From positions 11,700-75,699 of IMG/VR virus record IMGVR_UViG_3300043409_002481: 64,000 nt of DNA. One strand, written 5' to 3'. Of this stretch, positions 58,765 to 64,000 are shown in pieces. Under the pieces are notes generated by a model that was not told the origin of the DNA, searched no databases, and saw nothing but the letters and a program-made list of their open reading frames with translations. The first letter of the stretch is position 1; the number at the start of each line of letters is the position of its first letter. This DNA is from a virus. The translations under genes and the position numbers were made by a program.

Positions 58765-58780
58765 CAAAGGAGTAAATACT

Positions 58781-59191
58781 ATGGGTCGTGAAGTTCGCAG
58801 AGTTCCCCCTGATTGGGATCATGAAAAGTATTCAAGCAAGCCATTAGGCGATCGCTTTGGCAAAGCATTAACTGATTGGATAAAAGGTTACTCTGAGTGG
58901 AGAAAAGGTTATCGATACAGCCATTTAGTCGAAGAGTGGATTCCTATAGAGCAAGAATACAAACAATATCCTTATACCGACTTTGTTGGCGATCGCCCTG
59001 ATCCTAATGACTATATGCCTGATTGGAACGAGTCAGATCGCACACATTATCAAGTTTACGAAAATGTGACTGAGGGCACTCCAATCTCACCAGTATTTGC
59101 AACTGAGGAAGAGATGATCGATTGGCTTGTACAAAATGAGTCAGGCGCGCGCGAGTATTGGGTTAACGCGATTAAGACTGGAATTTATTAA
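58781..59191 (+). CDS. Hypothetical phage protein
   Basis: MGREVRRVPPDWDH...YQVYENVTEGTPISPVF; AAGGAG RBS. Confidence 0.7.
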   Translation: MGREVRRVPPDWDHEKYSSKPLGDRFGKALTDWIKGYSEWRKGYRYSHLVEEWIPIEQEYKQYPYTDFVGDRPDPNDYMPDWNESDRTHYQVYENVTEGTPISPVFATEEEMIDWLVQNESGAREYWVNAIKTGIY

Positions 59192-59205
59192 CAAAAGGAG
59201 TAACA

Positions 59206-59526
59206 ATGATGATAATGACAGTAATCAGAGCTTACGGACAGCAATTAAACCTTGCTTGCGATGGCAATTGCAACAAAGCGTATGGAATTAACAACCGCCC
59301 AAAAAATCAGCTTTCCAATGATGAAGACAATTATGAGTGGCTAGCAGATCATGAGATTGGGATTGCACCTATAGATCCTAAAACTTATGTAGGCGATCAC
59401 GCAAAGCCTACCGACGGGAAGCATAATAAATGGTGCTTTCATGAGTGTGAAAGATCGGCAAGCGCTGAGTTTCCAGATATTCCGCAACTGCCAGATTTTA
59501 GTAATCGCCACGCTAATATTTCGTAG
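59206..59526 (+). CDS. Hypothetical Cys-containing protein
   Basis: CDGNCNKAYGINNRP...NKWCFHECER; AAGGAG RBS. Confidence 0.65.
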   Translation: MMIMTVIRAYGQQLNLACDGNCNKAYGINNRPKNQLSNDEDNYEWLADHEIGIAPIDPKTYVGDHAKPTDGKHNKWCFHECERSASAEFPDIPQLPDFSNRHANIS

Positions 59527-59552
59527 CAGCACAACCAAAGGAGTAAACCATA

Positions 59553-59783
59553 GTGTTAAAAGAAATTTTTACCGCAGCTAAGAAAAGCTGGATTAGTGGT
59601 GGAATTAAATGGCGTGAAGAATTTGTAGAAAAAGATATTGACCCAGACAAATTTTTAACCTTGCCAAACAATCAAGGTGTGGAGATGTTGCAAAAATATC
59701 TACGCTGTACCCCGCAAAGCAAAATTCAATTTCTAAATATGACGGTGCGTTCCAACTTGTTTAAATTTATAAAAATTGATTAA
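59553..59783 (+). CDS. Hypothetical protein
   Basis: AAGGAG RBS. Confidence 0.5.
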   Translation: MLKEIFTAAKKSWISGGIKWREEFVEKDIDPDKFLTLPNNQGVEMLQKYLRCTPQSKIQFLNMTVRSNLFKFIKID

Positions 59784-59797
59784 TTAGCACAACCCAC

Positions 59798-59835
59798 AAA
59801 AAAAGAGAGCGATCAATGCGATCGCTCTCTTTTTT
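59798..59835. terminator. Bidirectional terminator
   Basis: aaaaaaagagagcgatc-aatgc-gatcgctctctttttt. Confidence 0.75.
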
Positions 59836-59938
59836 ACTTATAAGGCTTTGGCTTAGGCTTACTACCTTTGGGCTTTGGTTTCATCTTCATGGCAGTGGTT
59901 TTGTGTGGGTTTGCACTTTTATTATTGCAGTATAGCAA

Positions 59939-60799
59939 TCATGCAGTAAATAAGCTTAGTTGTCCTTTTGGCACTCGTGGCGGTTTCTTGGTTTTGATTG
60001 GTGCGTTCGGATCATGATTTTCGATCCTGTTACGCATCACCTCAAAATAATGCTCATCTTTCTCAATGCAGATATAGCGGCGGTTTGTGTTGATACAGCC
60101 TATGGCTAATGTGCCACTCCCTGCGGTGTTATCTAGGATTAGTTCGCCTTCGAGGGAATACGTTTTTAATAAATATTCGATTAGTTTTACAGGCTTTTGG
60201 GTGGGGGCTAGACGATTTAAATTGTTTGTTTCTAGTAGCTGAGAATTGTATCTATATACTGACTTCGGATACTTTAACCCATCTGACACCAAAGACCTTT
60301 CGTACACTGTCGTAAAATTTAAGCTCCCATTTCTGGGGCGGTTGCCATGATTTTTTACGATTCTTAGTCCTTTCTTTTGAGGGTAATAATTGTGAGAGCC
60401 TTTAGAAAAAATTAGTACGTTCTCATGGCTTTTAAGCGGTTGAAACTTTGCACAGCCAAAATTAGAGCCTACTTCTTTATCCCAAATCCACTCATACTTA
60501 AACCACTTAGGATTGCTCATCACAAGCGCACTAGTAAACGGTTGTGAACCAAAAAGACAGATCGCGCCATTAGGCTTAATGATTCGCTTGTACTGCTCCC
60601 ATAGCAAATCGAAGGGAATGACTATATCCCAATGACACGCGGTAATACTTTCTCAACCATAGGGCAAATCGCAAATAACACAGTCTATACTTCTGTCTGG
60701 GATAAACTTCATAGCTTCCAGACAGTCGGCATTAACAATGCTATTAGGCGCGATTTGCCCTATGGCTTCAACCTCATTAATAGACTTGATTACGTTCAA
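59939..60799 (-). pseudogene. Beta-class N6/N4 DNA methyltransferase with an in-frame TGA after DLPYG (pseudogene or recoded)
   Basis: TTG start; DCLEAM...ICDLPYG*ESITACHWD...PTQKPV...LDNTAGSGT all in one frame; TGA at 60653-60655. Confidence 0.8.
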
Positions 60800-60925
60800 T
60801 TTAAACTTGAGGGGCTAAAAAATGATAAAATATTAGTGTGCTTAAAGTGAGATTACCACAAATCACCCTAAGCACTGCTACCTAAAACTACTAGGCAACT
60901 ACCATTACTTTCACGGAGTAACAGC

Positions 60926-61474
60926 ATGAATAAATTATATCAAGAAACTGTCTGGAAAGATATTAAGGGTTTTGAAGGTCACTATCAAGTAAGTAGCGAT
61001 GGCAGGGCTAGATCGCTTGATCGTATGACAATAATGAAAAACGGCTACCCTAGACCTTGTAAAGGTAGGGAGCTAATTCAAGCAATCAACAATGGGTATT
61101 TACAGCTTTGCCTACATCTTTCTGGTAAAAGTAGCCCAAAGCTTGTTCACCATTTAGTCGCTTTTACTTTTATCAGCGAAAGACCTGAAGGGCTAGAAAT
61201 CAACCACATTAACGGTATTAAAACAGATAACCGAGTTTGTAATCTTGAGTATGTAACCCCAAAGGAAAATTCAAGACATGCATTGCAGCTAGGCTTGAAA
61301 ATCCCTAAAAGGGGTTCTGCCTTGATGATATCAAAACTTGACGAAGAAAAAGTTTTGATTGTAAAAGAGAGGCTAAGCAAAGATGAGTCTTGCACCTCTA
61401 TTGCCAAATCGCTTGGACTAAACACTTCAACAATTAGAGATATAAAAATCGGGAAAACTTGGAAACACGTTTAA
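60926..61474 (+). CDS. NUMOD4-HNH homing endonuclease
   Basis: WKDIKGFEGHYQVSSDGRARS; VHHLVAFTF...INHINGIKTDNRVCNLE. Confidence 0.9.
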   Translation: MNKLYQETVWKDIKGFEGHYQVSSDGRARSLDRMTIMKNGYPRPCKGRELIQAINNGYLQLCLHLSGKSSPKLVHHLVAFTFISERPEGLEINHINGIKTDNRVCNLEYVTPKENSRHALQLGLKIPKRGSALMISKLDEEKVLIVKERLSKDESCTSIAKSLGLNTSTIRDIKIGKTWKHV

Positions 61475-61513
61475 TCACGATTTTATGAATGGTAACCGCC
61501 TAACGATTTACTT

Positions 61514-61903
61514 TTGTTAGGCGGTTACCATTCATCTCGCAACCAGAAAACCAAAGATGCAAAGCGCACCAAAATCCTAGAGAGCTATGGCTTTATCGTT
61601 TTGCGATTCACCAATACACAAGTTAATCAGCCAGATTTACTCATCACCAAAGTTCGGGCGGCGCTAAATATTCGCGAAGTCAAAAAACCTCAAATCGTGG
61701 CGATCGTTGCGGATGCTTCAGATTTAAAGAAAATGGTTGACCAGAAAACCAAGGATAATACTTTTCACCTGATAGCTAAAAAAGCTGCTAAGACTGCAAT
61801 TAGACAAGAACGTATTGGCAATCGCAAAGCAGAACGTAACGGGCTTAAAGCTGAAAACGCGAGGCTTAGGAAAGAACTTAAGGATCTGAAAGCTTCTTTA
61901 TAA
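61514..61903 (+). pseudogene. N-terminally truncated DUF559/Vsr-like endonuclease
   Basis: GGYH...KDAKRTKILESYGFIVLRFTN is only the C-terminal half of the fold; the upstream half is absent, next to the HNH gene. Confidence 0.55.
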
Positions 61904-61973
61904 AATACTTGCGACAGATTGTTTTCATCTTTCCCAAAATGGTAAAATCTCAGGCAATCAAGGGAGTTAAGCA

Positions 61974-62375
61974 ATGAGAAAACAACCATTAATAGGCGCT
62001 TGCAGATGCAAAACTATGCGGATGGTGAAAGGGCGCAAAGATTATGAATGCTGTGAATGTAACGCGATACTTGGCAAAGGTACAGTGCATCAGTTAGCCA
62101 AAGGGATTTGGGGTAACTCAAATCTAGAGTTTCGCACCTGTGAAGATTGCTTAAACCGATGGGAACAATTAATAGCTGATTACCCAGATTTTAATTTAAC
62201 CCCGTTCAATCATGGCGATCTTAATGAGGCGATCGCATACAACGAATTGCAGCAAGCTTTTAAAGTTGGTGATTTGGATTTAGTTGATACTGCCATCAAG
62301 AACTTTGAGCCGTATGCCTACGGAGAATTTAAACAATCATTGCAACAGATAAAAGCTGAATTGGTAGCTGCTTAA
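61974..62375 (+). CDS. Zn-binding hypothetical protein
   Basis: RKDYECCEC...TCEDC; GGGAG RBS. Confidence 0.6.
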   Translation: MRKQPLIGACRCKTMRMVKGRKDYECCECNAILGKGTVHQLAKGIWGNSNLEFRTCEDCLNRWEQLIADYPDFNLTPFNHGDLNEAIAYNELQQAFKVGDLDLVDTAIKNFEPYAYGEFKQSLQQIKAELVAA

Positions 62376-62409
62376 TAAAAAAGCCCGATCAAATGATCGG
62401 GCTTTTTTA
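62376..62409. terminator. Intrinsic terminator
   Basis: taaaaaagcccgatca-aa-tgatcgggctttttta. Confidence 0.8.
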
Positions 62410-62507
62410 TGTTAATATAGCTTCACCACTGGTTAATTTTGAAGGTCAGAGATCAAAATTAACGTTACTCGAAAGGGGCGTGGAGATCCAACTGTTGACG
62501 CAGTCGA

Positions 62508-63509
62508 ATGACACAATCTTACCATAACTACACGACAATATACACAGCATTTAGCCAAAGTGATAAATTACCTCACTTGGTTAAGTTGCTGTATTTATTC
62601 GTGCGTTCCTATGATAAGCAGTCATTCGTACCGCGTCACAAGAAGGGTACACAGGGCAAAGGATCAGGCATTGTAGTTTTAGACATTCCGACGATCGCAG
62701 CTACTTTAAAGCGCAAAGAATCCACAATTAAAAAGAATTTACGCTTAGCTCTAAAGCTAGGTGTTTTCTGGATGCTTGAGATTAAAGGTAATTGCGTGAG
62801 GCTTGTTTATTCTGCCATGACTAAACTTTGCTCACTGCTTGGCATATCTAATTTAGGCGCTATACACGAAGAAAAAGCTACTGAGCTTGATAATATTCGG
62901 ACGCATAACATTAGAGCTACTGTTGCTCAAAAACAACGCAATGCACAGCAAGGAGCTTTACGCAAAACCAAGGAGGAAAATGAATTAAACCAAGGAAAGA
63001 AACTTACCAGACGGGTAGTTAAACCATCCAAGATTTTTAAAAACGTGTCAATTCTAAGCGATCGCGATCTCCCCAAAGAAAAGGTAGAGAAAGCATCAGG
63101 CATCAAGGCTTTTAGAAAGGTACTTGGAACTAGGTTTTTACTGGTAAACCGTCAATTCGTGCCATATGGCGTTTCTCAAGAGACTATAGGTAAATTAGTT
63201 AATCGGACACCTCAAACGGTTAGAAAGCATCTTAAAGCTATTAAGGACTTACCATCTATTGAGTGTGTACAAATTTGCTACCCTAGCAACGATGCAATAA
63301 GAACCCCTGAATTTTGGCTTGACCATAATTTAGGAGAAAAGCATTATTTGCGCTTTAAAGGCGATCGCGAATTGTATCAGATTCACACTAATATCTATAA
63401 CCTTGAAGAAGACGCTAAGCAGCTACTTGGATGCAATGCACTGAGAAGACGTATAAGCAAAGCTACCCGAAAATATCAGCATAGCGCCCCTGCGGTATTG
63501 CAAGCTTAA
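62508..63509 (+). CDS. Basic protein with two HTH-like segments
   Basis: IPTIAATLKRKESTIKKNL and VSQETIGKLVNRTPQTVRKHL. Confidence 0.6.
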   Translation: MTQSYHNYTTIYTAFSQSDKLPHLVKLLYLFVRSYDKQSFVPRHKKGTQGKGSGIVVLDIPTIAATLKRKESTIKKNLRLALKLGVFWMLEIKGNCVRLVYSAMTKLCSLLGISNLGAIHEEKATELDNIRTHNIRATVAQKQRNAQQGALRKTKEENELNQGKKLTRRVVKPSKIFKNVSILSDRDLPKEKVEKASGIKAFRKVLGTRFLLVNRQFVPYGVSQETIGKLVNRTPQTVRKHLKAIKDLPSIECVQICYPSNDAIRTPEFWLDHNLGEKHYLRFKGDRELYQIHTNIYNLEEDAKQLLGCNALRRRISKATRKYQHSAPAVLQA

Positions 63510-63662
63510 GTAGAGATTACTTTTCATCCCTCTAAATCAGATCGCTGTCATAGGCGATCGCTTTGCTGAATTTGCTAATTAAATAAAGTTGTAGAAAATA
63601 GTTGACAACTTAACCAATGATCTATATATTTAGATCAAGGTAACAAACAAAGGAAAACAGCA

Positions 63663-63935
63663 ATGAAAGCATTAGTTTTGACAAACGAAATCAAATACAC
63701 AGTAAGCACTAAAAAAGGTGTTAAGACCTACTCATTATTTGCTCGTGAGTTTGGCGGTTACGTTGACGATTTAACTTTACCTTGCAGACCTGTTAAACGC
63801 GCAGTGATTGGTAGATTTATCCAAATTGCTAAAGGCACTGATAAAAAGAAGTTTGACCAGTACATCAAAAAATGTCGCGCCGCAGGTGACATTATCGAGC
63901 TAGAAGGTGAAAACCTTAGATATGGGATTGGGTAG
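63663..63935 (+). CDS. Hypothetical protein
   Basis: TTGACA promoter and AAGGA RBS upstream. Confidence 0.6.
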   Translation: MKALVLTNEIKYTVSTKKGVKTYSLFAREFGGYVDDLTLPCRPVKRAVIGRFIQIAKGTDKKKFDQYIKKCRAAGDIIELEGENLRYGIG

Positions 63936-64000
63936 CATGAACACCGATCAACTCTTAACCCATACTCGAAACTTGCTTGCATCATACGGTAAACCTGATG

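Larger units (their letters stand above)
1..64000. mobile_element. Cyanobacterial tailed phage/prophage (partial genome)
   Basis: Terminase, portal, capsid, tape measure, Rep/DnaB and antirepressors are present, with no host core genes. Dense GCGATCGC (HIP1) and an nblA-like gene point to a cyanobacterial host. Confidence 0.95.

Noticed and set aside
60632-60850. 72-aa plus-strand ORF
   Set aside because: Antisense to the N-terminal half of the interrupted methyltransferase.
1-64000. Integrase, CI with S24 peptidase, endolysin, CRISPR array, alternative genetic code
   Set aside because: None recognisable. TGA ends many genes normally, so the MTase internal TGA is not genome-wide recoding.

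Overview
The whole window is a tailed dsDNA phage or prophage of a cyanobacterium. HIP1 octamers (GCGATCGC) are very dense and there is an nblA-like gene; a Pseudanabaena-like filamentous host is my inference only. No host housekeeping genes, integrase or endolysin are recognisable. Layout: tape-measure and tail genes (1-11.3 kb, +, interrupted by a Rha module and a DEDDh exonuclease); an FtsK/SpoIIIE translocase operon with about 5 small membrane proteins (12.9-16.5 kb); early genes including a 2H phosphoesterase, GIY-YIG, XRE and SSB-like genes and a two-frame C5 methyltransferase (16.9-29.9 kb); a replication initiator with internal iterons plus DnaB (29.9-32.2 kb); nblA and an adenine MTase (35 kb); fibre, head and packaging genes (36.3-50.1 kb) with the portal-scaffold block inverted relative to terminase and capsid. 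A ParB-like / peptide / radical-SAM / peptide cassette lies directly upstream of terS (50.2-52.8 kb), followed by HNH, BRO, nucleotide-metabolism and MTase genes (52.9-64 kb). The best candidate for an undescribed system is the radical-SAM cassette, whose two basic flanking proteins share a conserved ~30-aa leader. Also notable: a TraB/Spd-like translocase module, an MTase with an in-frame stop and 9-nt insert right after its catalytic motif, a degenerate tRNA-like element, a triple GUGAU-hairpin capsid leader, and twin 49-aa genes each following an antirepressor. All calls come from motif recognition by eye; no database searches were run.
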